Positions 40,369 through 51,728 of a stretch of DNA of 64,000 nucleotides are shown here, one piece after another; position 1 is the first letter of the stretch, and the number at the start of each line of letters is the position of its first letter. Origin of the DNA: Nitrospirota bacterium (GTDB taxonomy: Bacteria; Nitrospirota; UBA9217); contig CAWCKW010000001.1 of NCBI GenBank assembly GCA_963796285.1, positions 193 through 64,192 on the forward strand, in the 5' to 3' direction. The notes under the pieces were generated by a model. The model did not search any database, was not told the origin of the DNA, and saw only the letters and a list, made by a program, of their open reading frames with translations. A program made the position numbers and the translations under genes.

Positions 40369-40781
40369 AATATACGGAACGTTGGGGACATTCCATAGAC
40401 CTCCCATGTTCGCTGTTGCTCAGTCATTGTCTCTTTGTAGGTGGAGATGCCGCTCTAATTTAGGATGAACGTTGAATATTTGGAGGTTCGCTATACGGCA
40501 TTTATTCCTTCCTGAACTCGTTCAAGTTGCATTTCTATGAACCATATCAGGTTACATTCCGTATTTGTTGGCATGCCCTTAAAATACCCCATCGTCATCG
40601 TTGACATCCTCTTAGATCAAGCCTATAGTCGTCACAAATGCTTATAATAGTGTGGTATGTTCATTGCCAAGCTATCTAATACTGTGAATCCGATGTCAAA
40701 GAGTGGGTCTATATAATAAATGGTTTAAAGCTATCAATAACAAAGATTGATAAATACATACTTTTCTCGGAGAAATAAATT

Positions 40782-41321
40782 ATGAAAAAGCTTTTTCTCA
40801 TAATATGTCTTCTGAGCCTGATGCTCTCTGGATGTTTTATAGTAAACCTGCATAACAAGCTGTTTAATCCACCAGATTGTAGTAAGCCGTCTCCGTTTTC
40901 CACGGTTATTATTGCCCCCTTTAGTACAGATGAAGTACTAATCGAAGGTATTACAGAGGGGAGAGAGATGACCAACATAGCGGGGGGGCTCAAAGGTATC
41001 ACTAACCGCATTAGCGAATCGCTAAAAGATAGATTAACAGAGTATAATAAATTAGATAAAATATCGCAGGGTAGCGAATGTGAGGATCGTTCAATAAAAG
41101 TAGAGGGTAAGATTATCGATCTTGCTCATATCTTCAGAACAGGCTATGTTTTGTTTGTAAGAGTGGAAATATTAAATTGTACAACTGGAGAATCTTTGGA
41201 TAAATTTGACGTAAAAGAAAATGATGGTGAATTGTATGAAGTACCCAATAAAATAGCCAAAGAAATTGCCGAAGAAATTCATGATAAGTTGTTATGCCAA
41301 CCAAATCCTAACAGGCTTTAA
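40782..41321 (+). CDS. Orphan lipoprotein in an AT-rich islet.
   Basis: Lipobox MLSGC. The 179-aa ORF has composition very different from its flanks. No family is recognised. Confidence 0.6.
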   Translation: MKKLFLIICLLSLMLSGCFIVNLHNKLFNPPDCSKPSPFSTVIIAPFSTDEVLIEGITEGREMTNIAGGLKGITNRISESLKDRLTEYNKLDKISQGSECEDRSIKVEGKIIDLAHIFRTGYVLFVRVEILNCTTGESLDKFDVKENDGELYEVPNKIAKEIAEEIHDKLLCQPNPNRL

Positions 41322-41575
41322 CAGTCGTTAATATTTTTAGTCCATAATCTGCAATAGTTTCTACTTTTCGTAACTGCACAGAAGTAGGCAAGACTAGTTT
41401 TCCGGCCCTTAATTCTTTTTTATTCAGATGATGAAGAGGGTTCCACTTAAATACAATACCTCTATGCCCTCCAGTAGTAGGTGAAAGCAATCCTATCCGG
41501 ATGAATCAACACATCCATATTGCATTATGAAATATGCACCCTGCGCAGAGATGATGGACATCTCTTTTTCGATTA

Positions 41576-42307
41576 TCATGCCTGCTCTTCCGCCTCCCAC
41601 TCCTTCAGTTTTCCCGAGATGAACTCGATGATCTGCTGATGCTCTTCGGTACCGCGGTCCTTGATCCAGAGGGGTTTGCCGAAGGCGAAGTGAACCTTCT
41701 TCGACGGGTCGATCTTGCCGTAGTCCTTGAGGAACGTGCCGTTGCCCCAGGCATTGGTCTTGAGCGCGATCGGGACCACCGGCACCCCGGCTTTTTTTGC
41801 GAGTTTTATCCCGATGGTGTTGAACTGTTCCGGGTCAAAAACCGGCGTCCGGGTGGTCTGGGGGAAGAGGATGATCGACATGCCCGCCTTCAGCCTCTCG
41901 GCGCCTCCCTCGAGCACTGCCTTCAGGTCCTCGCGGGGGTTCGTGCGGCCCACGGTAATGGGATTCCGCGAGCGCATGATGTGCTTGAAGATCGGGTAGT
42001 CGACAAGGCTCTGTTTGACGACAAAGGTCGCGTCTTTGAAGGGGGCTATGATCGTGGGGAGGATAAACGTTTCGAGCGTGCTCATATGATTTGCTATGAA
42101 CACGCAGGGGCCTTCGACGGCCTTGAAGGAGTCGGTGCCGGTGATCTCGAACTTCACCCCCGCGGCTTCCAGCGCGCGGAGCGTTGCGAAGCTGTTTTCA
42201 CACCATTCGGGCGTGCCGTACGGACCGCGCTTTGCCTGTGCGCTTCCCCGGACAACGATGGAGACGAGGCGGGTGTAAAAGGTGAACGAGGTCAGTGCCC
42301 GTGCCAT
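41576..42307 (-). CDS. Lysophospholipid (PlsC-family) acyltransferase.
   Basis: IANHMSTLETF (HX4-acidic block), FPQTTRT and VVPIALK. The start is uncertain; an upstream TTG near 42364 is possible. Confidence 0.8.
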   Translation of the reverse strand: MARALTSFTFYTRLVSIVVRGSAQAKRGPYGTPEWCENSFATLRALEAAGVKFEITGTDSFKAVEGPCVFIANHMSTLETFILPTIIAPFKDATFVVKQSLVDYPIFKHIMRSRNPITVGRTNPREDLKAVLEGGAERLKAGMSIILFPQTTRTPVFDPEQFNTIGIKLAKKAGVPVVPIALKTNAWGNGTFLKDYGKIDPSKKVHFAFGKPLWIKDRGTEEHQQIIEFISGKLKEWEAEEQA

Positions 42308-42520
42308 GAAGGAAATGCGGACGGGACCTGTCCGGTAGGAGCCATTCTCGTACCTGAGCTCTTCCAAACAACGACTCCTTGCAATCAGGGTGCAGGGATA
42401 CCTCGTGAAACGACGCCCAGTATACCATGCGAGGGGCAAAGAGTGAAGCGGGAAAAATACTCGTGTGAGGCAAAAACAAAATACTTGCAATACATCGGCG
42501 AAAAAGCGAAAATACGCACC

Positions 42521-44085
42521 ATGCAAACTCCTTCACTCAGGCGAGAAGTCGCTCAGATGGTCATGCCCCGGCTCGACGGCGCGAAACTCGGTGATCCCCG
42601 GTACCTCGAGCATATCTATGCGCTCATTCAGGAAGGAATCGGCGGTTTCATCCTCTTTGGGGGAACGGTCGAGCATACCCCGCGGCAGCTGCAGGAACTC
42701 CAGGCCCTTGCCGGGATCCCGCTGTTGATCACCTCCGACGTGGAGCGCGGCCTCGGTCAGCAGCTTGCCGGAGGGACGCGCTTCCCCAGCCAGCGCGCCG
42801 TTGCGTCGGCCGTTAACCGCCGCATCGAAAAAAGACGTCGAACTGCTTGACAAGATGCTCGATGCCGTGCGGATCGAGACGCGAGCAGCGGGCATTCATG
42901 CCGTCTTCTCTCCGGTCGTCGACGTGAACAACAATCCCGACAATCCCATCATCTGCACCCGGTCCTTCGGCGATGAACCCGAGATCGTCGAATGGTTCGG
43001 TTCGCGGTACATCTCACGGCTTCAGAAGTCACGCGGGACGCGGGACAGGCTGGATCTCCTGGCCTGCGCCAAACATTTTCCGGGGCATGGGGACACGGAC
43101 CAGGACTCGCATTCCGTTCTGCCTGTGATCCACGCCTCCCGGACTCGGCTGAACCGCGTCGAGCTCCCGCCGTTCCGCGAGGCGGTGAAGGACGGAGTAG
43201 GCATGGTCATGGCGGCGCACCTGCTCGTGCCGGCACTGGATCCGGAAAAACCTACGACGTTCTCGAAAAAGACGATTACCGCGCTTTTGCGGGAGGGCAT
43301 GGAATTCGACGGGCTGATCGTATCCGATGCCCTTGACATGGGCGCACTCGCACGCCACCTACACACCGGAAGACATCGCCGTCCGTGCCGTGAATGCCGG
43401 GATAGATATCTTGCTTCACCCGCGTGACGCGAACGTGACCATCGACGCGATCGTGTCCGCCGTGGAGCAGGGCAGGCTGACCAGCCAGCGGATCAGTGAA
43501 TCCGTCGGGCGGATCATGATTGCAAAAACGCGCCTGGGCCTGTTCGACACGTCCGCACGGAAGGCCGTCCGGATCGATTATCAGAAACATCGGCGCATTG
43601 CCCGGGATATCGGGAAAAAGGCGCTTCGGATTACTTTCGGAGAAAAAAAGTTGTCCCCCCTGCCTCATGACGGCGGAGTGGTATGCTTCATCCTTGATGA
43701 CGATAACAACAGGGAATCGGGAGATGTCTTCGTCCGCGCGATGAGAGAGCGATGCAAGCACCTCCTTGCCGTGGTCCTGACACCGGGCTCGGAAATACCG
43801 GAATCCCTGGTGCTTGACAGTGTCAGGGCCTCGGAGTTTGTGGTCATAGCGGTTTATTCCAGGATCTCCGCTTCGAAAGGGCATTCCGGGCTCGACGACA
43901 CCCTCCGGGACATTACCGTTAAAATATTAAAGACCGTCAAGTCGGAAAAGGGGAAATCGATCATGATCTCCTTCGACAGCCCTTATCTTCTCGACCGTTT
44001 CAAGGACGCCGATGTGCGCATCGCGGCCTATGACCGGATGGATGAGATCCAGCAGGCCGCCGCGGAGCTGCTGGCCGGGAAGTAG
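42521..44085 (+). CDS. nagZ: Glycoside hydrolase family 3 beta-N-acetylhexosaminidase. It has 2 apparent frameshifts.
   Basis: GGFILFG, ITSDVERG, KHFPGHGDTDQDSH and VSDALDMGA. Frame switches are in the A6 run 42828-42833 and near 43355. Confidence 0.8.
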
Positions 44086-44204
44086 AAAGGCAGGGTAAAG
44101 GGTACCGCAGTCGGAATCCCGGAGAGAGGCACGAGGACGGGAGCGGTGAGCAGCACGGGGTTACATGAGATGGCATTACCCTGTACTCCTGAACCCAATC
44201 CATC

Positions 44205-44846
44205 ATGATGCATGTCATCCTCATTTTTATTCTCTTCGCGTTCATCCACAGCATAACCGTATCACGCTGGTTCAAGCTGGTATGCGTCAATGCTCTCGGT
44301 GAGATATTCATGCGGGCATGGTACCGCTTTCTGTACAACATCATAAGTATTGTTACTGTTCTCGTTGCGATCTATCTCATATCGAAGGTCCCTGATCGTG
44401 AGATCTGGACCGCACCGCTGTGGCTGAAATGGGTGATGCATGGAATCCAGTTCGCTGGTCTTGCCTTCGGCGCCCTTGCATTCGAACATATGGACTCCGG
44501 AGAGTTCATGGGGTTCAGGCAGGTCTGGCGCTATGTCACACAACGGAAAACGGCGGGAAACATCGAGGGGCTTACGGAGAAAGAACTGGTCAGGACCGGT
44601 GTCTACGGCATTGTGCGTCATCCCATGTATTTGGCAGGTTTGGTCATCTTCACCTTCAGTCCGATCATCACGGTCAACGGTCTGACCGTAACAGTCCTGG
44701 CGGACTTCTATTTCCTGTTCGGCGTATTCATTGAAGAGCGGCGGTTTCTGAGGTTGTTTGGGGACGAGTACCGGGAATATATGAGACAGGTGCCGAGGTT
44801 GATACCGAAAATGTTTTATCGCAGAGGACGTAGTGGAAGGCAATGA
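44205..44846 (+). CDS. Membrane methyltransferase family protein (ICMT/PEMT-like).
   Basis: GVYGIVRHPMYLAGLVIF....EERRFLRLFGDEYREYMRQVPRLIP. Multi-TM. Confidence 0.7.
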   Translation: MMHVILIFILFAFIHSITVSRWFKLVCVNALGEIFMRAWYRFLYNIISIVTVLVAIYLISKVPDREIWTAPLWLKWVMHGIQFAGLAFGALAFEHMDSGEFMGFRQVWRYVTQRKTAGNIEGLTEKELVRTGVYGIVRHPMYLAGLVIFTFSPIITVNGLTVTVLADFYFLFGVFIEERRFLRLFGDEYREYMRQVPRLIPKMFYRRGRSGRQ

Positions 44847-45007
44847 GAATAAAAAGGAGAGCGACATTCTTCTTGATGGCTATTTTAATTTAATGGGATT
44901 GATGCATCACCGTACATTGCCGCATATCGAGATCGAGCCGTCTGAAAAATGCGGGTTCCCGTGCCCCAGCACAGGCAGTGCCCCGTTCATGGTGATGAAA
45001 ATATGCA

Positions 45008-45036
45008 TTGACAAGTTTGACGAGTCGTACTAGTAT
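45008..45036 (+). promoter_or_regulatory. Sigma70-type promoter candidate for the PilZ gene.
   Basis: TTGACA (45008-45013), 17 nt spacer, TAGTAT (45031-45036). Confidence 0.5.
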
Positions 45037-45076
45037 CGACCCGATATTGTAGTTTTTTTGGACATCAAGGTGAGAA

Positions 45077-45349
45077 ATGCCACATGTCACGACAAGAAAA
45101 GAGCCGCGCTATGATTACCCCTCAACAATCCAGTATGTTGTGGGGTCTCAAGCGGACGACGACGCGGGCCGCAAAGGGATTACCATTGACCTTAGCGCTA
45201 CCGGCTTTTGCATGTATGTATTCGACCCTCTCCCGCAAGGGCAGAAGATCATCATCAAGACCGCCCTCCCTGTCGATTCCCGGGCAGCGGTGATCTGCTG
45301 GACCAGAAAAGAGAGCAGCTTGTACCGATCGGGTTTAAAGTTCATATAA
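45077..45349 (+). CDS. PilZ domain protein.
   Basis: RKEPRYDYPSTIQY...GITIDLSATGFCMY fits the RxxxR ... D/NxSxxG pattern. Confidence 0.65.
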   Translation: MPHVTTRKEPRYDYPSTIQYVVGSQADDDAGRKGITIDLSATGFCMYVFDPLPQGQKIIIKTALPVDSRAAVICWTRKESSLYRSGLKFI

Positions 45350-45411
45350 ATAACCACTCCCTGCATCCCTCCCGGCATTTCTGACCACTCTTTTTGTACC
45401 TTAATCTGCAC

Positions 45412-45440
45412 TTGACAATAACGGTATCCCTGGATATAAT
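45412..45440 (+). promoter_or_regulatory. Consensus sigma70 promoter upstream of marR.
   Basis: TTGACA (45412-45417), 17 nt spacer, TATAAT (45435-45440). Confidence 0.65.
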
Positions 45441-45453
45441 TAATTTAATGTTG

Positions 45454-45467
45454 AATAGTTTACTATT
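45454..45467. promoter_or_regulatory. Palindrome AATAGT-TT-ACTATT, a possible MarR operator.
   Basis: Perfect 6-bp inverted repeat just downstream of the -10 element. Confidence 0.35.
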
Positions 45468-45488
45468 TAGCTTAATGGATGTGAAGGT

Positions 45489-45959
45489 ATGAAAAGAACT
45501 CATTATAAGGGAACAAGGGACGAGGTAAGGTCGCTCGGCGCCTTTGTTAAGCTCGTGAGGGCAGCGGAATCTATCACGGCACGCATCCACCAGCACCTGA
45601 TTGATGTGGGGTTGACTGTGAGCCAATTCGGCGTGCTTGAGGCGCTTTTTCACATCGGCCCGCTTAGCCAGGTGGAAATAGCAAAAAAGGTCCTCAAGAG
45701 CACCGGCAACATTACCATGGTCATCGACAACCTGGAAAAGAGGGGTCTGGTTAAGCGGGAGCGGCATAGGGACGACCGCAGGTATTATATCGTGCAATTG
45801 ACCGATGAGGGCAGGAAGCTGATCGGGAGCGTCTTTCCCCGTCATGCAGCGAAGATCGTGGAAGAGATGAAGGTCCTGAGCAGCGCCGAGCAGGAGACCC
45901 TTGGGAATCTGTGTCGCAAACTCGGATTGCGGCAGCAGGGTGGAGAAAGAGGATTATAA
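45489..45959 (+). CDS. MarR family transcriptional regulator.
   Basis: GLTVSQFGVLEALFHIGPLSQVEIAKKV....LEKRGLVKRERHRDDRR is a winged HTH. Confidence 0.9.
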   Translation: MKRTHYKGTRDEVRSLGAFVKLVRAAESITARIHQHLIDVGLTVSQFGVLEALFHIGPLSQVEIAKKVLKSTGNITMVIDNLEKRGLVKRERHRDDRRYYIVQLTDEGRKLIGSVFPRHAAKIVEEMKVLSSAEQETLGNLCRKLGLRQQGGERGL

Positions 45960-45985
45960 TCTCTGATACTACAAAGGAGGAAGGA

Positions 45986-46210
45986 ATGAGTAAAAAATTG
46001 CCGATAACAGCGGACTTGGAGCCGGGGACGTACTATTGGTGCAGCTGTGGCAAGTCAAAGAAGGAACCATTCTGCGACGGTTCACATCAGGGGACGACCT
46101 TTGTGCCGGTGGAATTTGTGATGAACAATAAAAAGAAGGTGTCGTTGTGCACCTGCCAGCGCACGAAAAAGGCGCCCTATTGCGACGGGACCCATGCAAA
46201 GGTCGACTGA
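45986..46210 (+). CDS. CDGSH iron-sulfur domain protein (two CDGSH motifs).
   Basis: AAAGGAGGAAGGA RBS. Motifs CSCGKSKKEPFCDGSH and CTCQRTKKAPYCDGTH. Confidence 0.85.
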   Translation: MSKKLPITADLEPGTYYWCSCGKSKKEPFCDGSHQGTTFVPVEFVMNNKKKVSLCTCQRTKKAPYCDGTHAKVD

Positions 46211-46268
46211 TTGGTTTTGATGGCGTGGCGAAGTGAAGCAAATGGTTGTTGTAAACGAGGAGGCGCAT

Positions 46269-46718
46269 ATGTTTAAGAAACTGATTCAAACAAACGACGA
46301 TGTGTCAGTGCTGGTTCTGAGGCTTATGCTCGGAATTGTGTTCTTTCCCCATGGGATGCAGAAGCTGTTCGGCTGGTTCGGCGGCTATGGATTTTCAGGA
46401 ACGTTTGAGATGTTCACGACGAAAATGGCGATTCCTGCGGTCTTCGCTTTTTTGGCGATCATCGCTGAAGGACTGGGGCCCTTGGGCCTCATCACGGGCC
46501 TGCTGACCCGGGTGGCGGCCTTCGGGATCGCTGTTGAAATGGCGGTGGCCGTATATATGCTTCATTGGCAGAACGGGTTTTTCATGAACTGGTTCGGCAA
46601 TCAGAAGGGCGAGGGGTATGAATTCCACCTTCTGGTCTTTGCCATTGCGATCGCGCTGATGATCAAGGGCGGCGGCAAGTGGTCCGTGGACAAAGCAATT
46701 GAAAACGGTTTGAAGTAA
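46269..46718 (+). CDS. DoxX family membrane protein.
   Basis: LVLRLMLGIVFFPHGMQKLFGWFGG....AVYMLHWQNGFF. Confidence 0.85.
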   Translation: MFKKLIQTNDDVSVLVLRLMLGIVFFPHGMQKLFGWFGGYGFSGTFEMFTTKMAIPAVFAFLAIIAEGLGPLGLITGLLTRVAAFGIAVEMAVAVYMLHWQNGFFMNWFGNQKGEGYEFHLLVFAIAIALMIKGGGKWSVDKAIENGLK

Positions 46719-46740
46719 CTCACGACCAGGTGGGTTGAAC

Positions 46741-46780
46741 AAAAACAAGGGGTCATCGATCTGATGACCCCTTGTTTTAT
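46741..46780. terminator. Bidirectional rho-independent terminator between doxX and typA.
   Basis: 11-bp stem caaggggtcat / atgaccccttg, flanked by an A-run on one side and a T-run on the other. Confidence 0.8.
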
Positions 46781-46816
46781 TGATTATCCATACTTGAAGC
46801 TGTTTCTGGAAGGAAC

Positions 46817-48637
<1,821 letters not shown>

Positions 48638-48666
48638 TTTTTTATCCTTTTTTTACCACGATGAGT

Positions 48667-48782
48667 ACACCCTGCACTCGTTTATGGCCGCGTCCTCGCA
48701 AGAGCAGGCTACGGTTCCATACCCTGCATTCGCGGTTCCGCTCATAAACGCGGGCACAGGCTCGTAAACACTGGGCGCAGGC
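48667..48782 (-). repeat. 116-nt element, copy B (sense orientation on the - strand).
   Basis: 114/116 identical to the reverse complement of 28896-29011. Its 3' end is 29 nt upstream of the typA ATG. Confidence 0.9.
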
Positions 48783-49106
48783 GAAGTACACGAAGAAGTT
48801 CTTGGTGACGGGGTTTTCGTGGGACGCAGTGGGTTCTTTGTAAGCTGGGCATAATACCTTGTTAGGACCTGCTTTGTCAATGGAATAATCATATCCAAGA
48901 GCTCTCTCATGATGGAAAAGCGCGCTCCGGCAGGGTATAATAAGGATGTTGATGATCTCAAAGGACAGATTCAACCATCGAGCCACGGAGGGCGCGAAGA
49001 AAAATCCTTTTATCCGAAACAAGCGTAACTCCTTGACTCCGCTGCATACGTTGATTTTATTGAATACATCGCCATCCGGTTTCGAAACCACCGAGGGAGA
49101 ACGCAT

Positions 49107-49565
49107 ATGAACAGCAATTGTATGACAATGTTGTTTCTGATGCCACTTTTGAGCTTTTCTGTGATTGGTTGTACGGGGGTGCGACCTGCCAACCTCGGCG
49201 TCAAAGACGGAAAACTTGCGCCGTGTCCTTCCTCGCCCAATTGCGTATCGAGTCAGGGCAGTGATACGGCGCATGCCATTGAACCGCTGTCGTTCACGGG
49301 GACGGTCGCCGGGGCGCATGCTGCGCTCCGGACGATCATTCTCAGCATGAAGAGGTCCAAAATAATCACTGATACAGACAGCTATATTCGCGCCGAGTTC
49401 ACGAGCGCGATCTTTCGATTTGTCGACGATGTGGAGTTCTGGTTCGATGGTAACGCGAAGGTCATCCACGTGCGATCGGCATCCCGCATCGGCCATTCCG
49501 ATCTTGGAGTGAACCGCGAACGGGTGGAGGAGATCAGGGCGCGATGGAAAACGTCGGGGAGGTGA
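49107..49565 (+). CDS. DUF1499-like lipoprotein.
   Basis: Lipobox VIGC. PCPSSPNCVSS....RFVDDVEFWFD....HVRSASRIGHSDLGVNRERVE. Confidence 0.7.
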   Translation: MNSNCMTMLFLMPLLSFSVIGCTGVRPANLGVKDGKLAPCPSSPNCVSSQGSDTAHAIEPLSFTGTVAGAHAALRTIILSMKRSKIITDTDSYIRAEFTSAIFRFVDDVEFWFDGNAKVIHVRSASRIGHSDLGVNRERVEEIRARWKTSGR

Positions 49566-49572
49566 GCGCGTG

Positions 49573-50268
49573 ATGGACCGTTTGCCCGCAGTCTCGCTCA
49601 TCATTCCCGTATTGAACGAGGCAAAGAACATGAGCGAGATCATTCAGCATATCCGTGAATTGGATGCCGACGGCGCTGTGGAGATCATCGTTGTTGACGG
49701 CGATCCGGAGGGAAGCACCATCAAGACCATCAAGGATGAGGTCGTGCGCACAGTGCTCTCGCAGAAGGGACGCGCCCGTCAGATGAACCGCGGCGCGGCT
49801 CTCGCAACCGGTGATATCCTTCTCTTTCTCCATGCCGACACGCTTCTGCCTTCGAACGCCTTTGGCCTGATCCGGACGGCGATGAACGACAAGGGCATTG
49901 TTGGCGGCGCATTCGATCTCGGGTTCAATACCCGGCGAAGAATATTCAGGATTACCGAGACGTACGTCTTTCTCCGGACCCGCCTGACAAAGATACCGTT
50001 CGGCGACCAGGCCATTTTCATCCGTCACCATCATTTCGAGCAGCTCGGCGGATACCGGGATGTCCCGGTCATGGAAGACGTGGAATTGATGAAGCGCATC
50101 AGAAAACGGGGAGACAGGATCCGCATTATCCCGGTGAAGGTGCGGACATCGGCGCGCCGGTATGAGCAGGAAGGGATCGTCTACACCACGATCAGGAACT
50201 GGATGCTGCAACTGCAGTATGCGCTGGGTGTGTCGCCTGAACGACTTGTACGATGGTATAAATCTTGA
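49573..50268 (+). CDS. Family-2 glycosyltransferase of the type I recall as TIGR04283 (transferase 2, rSAM/selenodomain-associated; now labelled arsenosugar biosynthesis GT).
   Basis: SLIIPVLNE, VVDGDPEGST, FLHADTLLP, FGDQAIFIRHHHFEQLGGY..PVMEDVELMKRI. Confidence 0.75.
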   Translation: MDRLPAVSLIIPVLNEAKNMSEIIQHIRELDADGAVEIIVVDGDPEGSTIKTIKDEVVRTVLSQKGRARQMNRGAALATGDILLFLHADTLLPSNAFGLIRTAMNDKGIVGGAFDLGFNTRRRIFRITETYVFLRTRLTKIPFGDQAIFIRHHHFEQLGGYRDVPVMEDVELMKRIRKRGDRIRIIPVKVRTSARRYEQEGIVYTTIRNWMLQLQYALGVSPERLVRWYKS

Positions 50269-50305
50269 CAAGAGGCAAACCACGATTTCGCTCGAATCGC
50301 AGAAG

Positions 50306-51034
50306 ATGATACCTATCCTTGGGCATATGAGAGCATGGTCATGGACGCTTCTTCTGCTGGTTTGTCTTGTTGAAAGCCCCAACGCGCAGGAGAAGGCGGT
50401 CCTTTTCCATGAGGACTTTGCAACCCTCGACAACTGGAAGCCCTTTTATTTCCCAAAAATAAAGAGGCACTCGGTTTATACAATTCAAAAAGATGGTGAG
50501 CGCCATTGCTTGAAGGCGGAAAGCAATGCCTCGGCCTCGGCGATCGTGTATAAAGATTCATTCAATGTATACGACTATCCTCGCGTGAGATGGCGCTGGA
50601 AGGTGAACAATGTCTACGTAAAGGGTGATGCCAGGTCGAAGGCAGGCGACGATTACCCCATGCGTGTATATGTGATGTTCGAGTACGACCCTGACACGGC
50701 CGGAAGGTTCGAGAAGTTGAAGTATGGTCTTGCGAAAAAGATATACGGCGAGTACCCGCCCCATAGTAGTCTGAGCTATGTCTGGTCGAACAAGGAAGGG
50801 CCGGAGTCCATCATCGTCAGCCCATACACGGACAGGGCTATGATGGTCATTCTGCAGAGGGGCGTGAAGAATGTCGGCACGTGGCAGGAGCAGGAGATCG
50901 ATATCGTGGAGGATTATCAAAAGGCCTTTGGCGTCAAACCGCCGCTTCGCGCGCGTATCGCGATCATGAATGATTCCGACAATACCGGTGAACGTTCGAC
51001 ATCTTTTATGGAGTATATTGAGGTCTTCAGATAG
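50306..51034 (+). CDS. DUF3047-like secreted protein.
   Basis: Signal peptide, then PRVRWRWKV....GDDYPMRVYVMF....LSYVWSNK....IAIMNDSDNTGE. Confidence 0.65.
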   Translation: MIPILGHMRAWSWTLLLLVCLVESPNAQEKAVLFHEDFATLDNWKPFYFPKIKRHSVYTIQKDGERHCLKAESNASASAIVYKDSFNVYDYPRVRWRWKVNNVYVKGDARSKAGDDYPMRVYVMFEYDPDTAGRFEKLKYGLAKKIYGEYPPHSSLSYVWSNKEGPESIIVSPYTDRAMMVILQRGVKNVGTWQEQEIDIVEDYQKAFGVKPPLRARIAIMNDSDNTGERSTSFMEYIEVFR

Positions 51035-51039
51035 CTGTG

Positions 51040-51720
51040 ATGACTGACAAACGCTGTGTTATTCTATTTGTGAAATTTCCGGAAAAGGGAAGAGTGAAGT
51101 CCCGGCTTGCACATCATGTTGGCGAGGATGCTGCATTGAGCCTGTACGAGAACATGGTGCTCGATGCGATCGATATGTTGAAGAGGGGGCGTTTCCCGTT
51201 TCGGATCTGCTACACGCCGCCTGATGCGCGTGCCCAAATGACGGGATGGCTTGGGCAGGAGTATTACTACCTGTCTCAGACCGGCGACGATCTTGGTGAC
51301 CGGATGGACGAGGCCTTTGCCCGCGCCTTTTCTACGGTTGTGGAAGAGGCTCTCCTGATCGGCAGCGATATCCCGGGGTTGACCACCGGAATCATCGAGG
51401 AAGCGTTCGCCTCGCTCGTGACGAAAGATGCGGTCATCGGTCCGGCAGACGACGGAGGCTATTACCTGATCGGTTTTAGAAAAAATACGTTCACTCCCGG
51501 CATATTTCATGATATGGTATGGAGCACGAGCACCGTTTGTCGCATTACAATGGACAGGCTGCATGACGCATCACGAAAGGTCCATATCTTGCCGGAATTG
51601 ACGGATGTCGATACGGTCGAGGACCTGAAGACGCTCCTGTCTCAGGTCAAGGGCTCGGCGTCAGAACCATCGAGGACCCGATCCTTTCTCGAGCAGCATT
51701 GCCGGGGCAGCTTGACATAG
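51040..51720 (+). CDS. DUF2064 / TIGR04282-type transferase (transferase 1, rSAM/selenodomain-associated).
   Basis: CVILFVKFPEKGRVKSRL, LIGSDIPGL, GPADDGGYYLIG. Confidence 0.75.
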   Translation: MTDKRCVILFVKFPEKGRVKSRLAHHVGEDAALSLYENMVLDAIDMLKRGRFPFRICYTPPDARAQMTGWLGQEYYYLSQTGDDLGDRMDEAFARAFSTVVEEALLIGSDIPGLTTGIIEEAFASLVTKDAVIGPADDGGYYLIGFRKNTFTPGIFHDMVWSTSTVCRITMDRLHDASRKVHILPELTDVDTVEDLKTLLSQVKGSASEPSRTRSFLEQHCRGSLT

Positions 51721-51728
51721 ACAGCACG

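Noticed and set aside
41308-41490. 60-aa minus-strand ORF in the AT-rich islet, considered as a toxin or mobile-element fragment.
   Set aside because: No recognisable motif and no partner ORF. I cannot distinguish it from chance.
48642-49643. 333-aa minus-strand ORF spanning the typA upstream region and the DUF1499 gene.
   Set aside because: It overlaps a clear + strand DUF1499 gene and the 116-nt repeat. The sequence is not protein-like.
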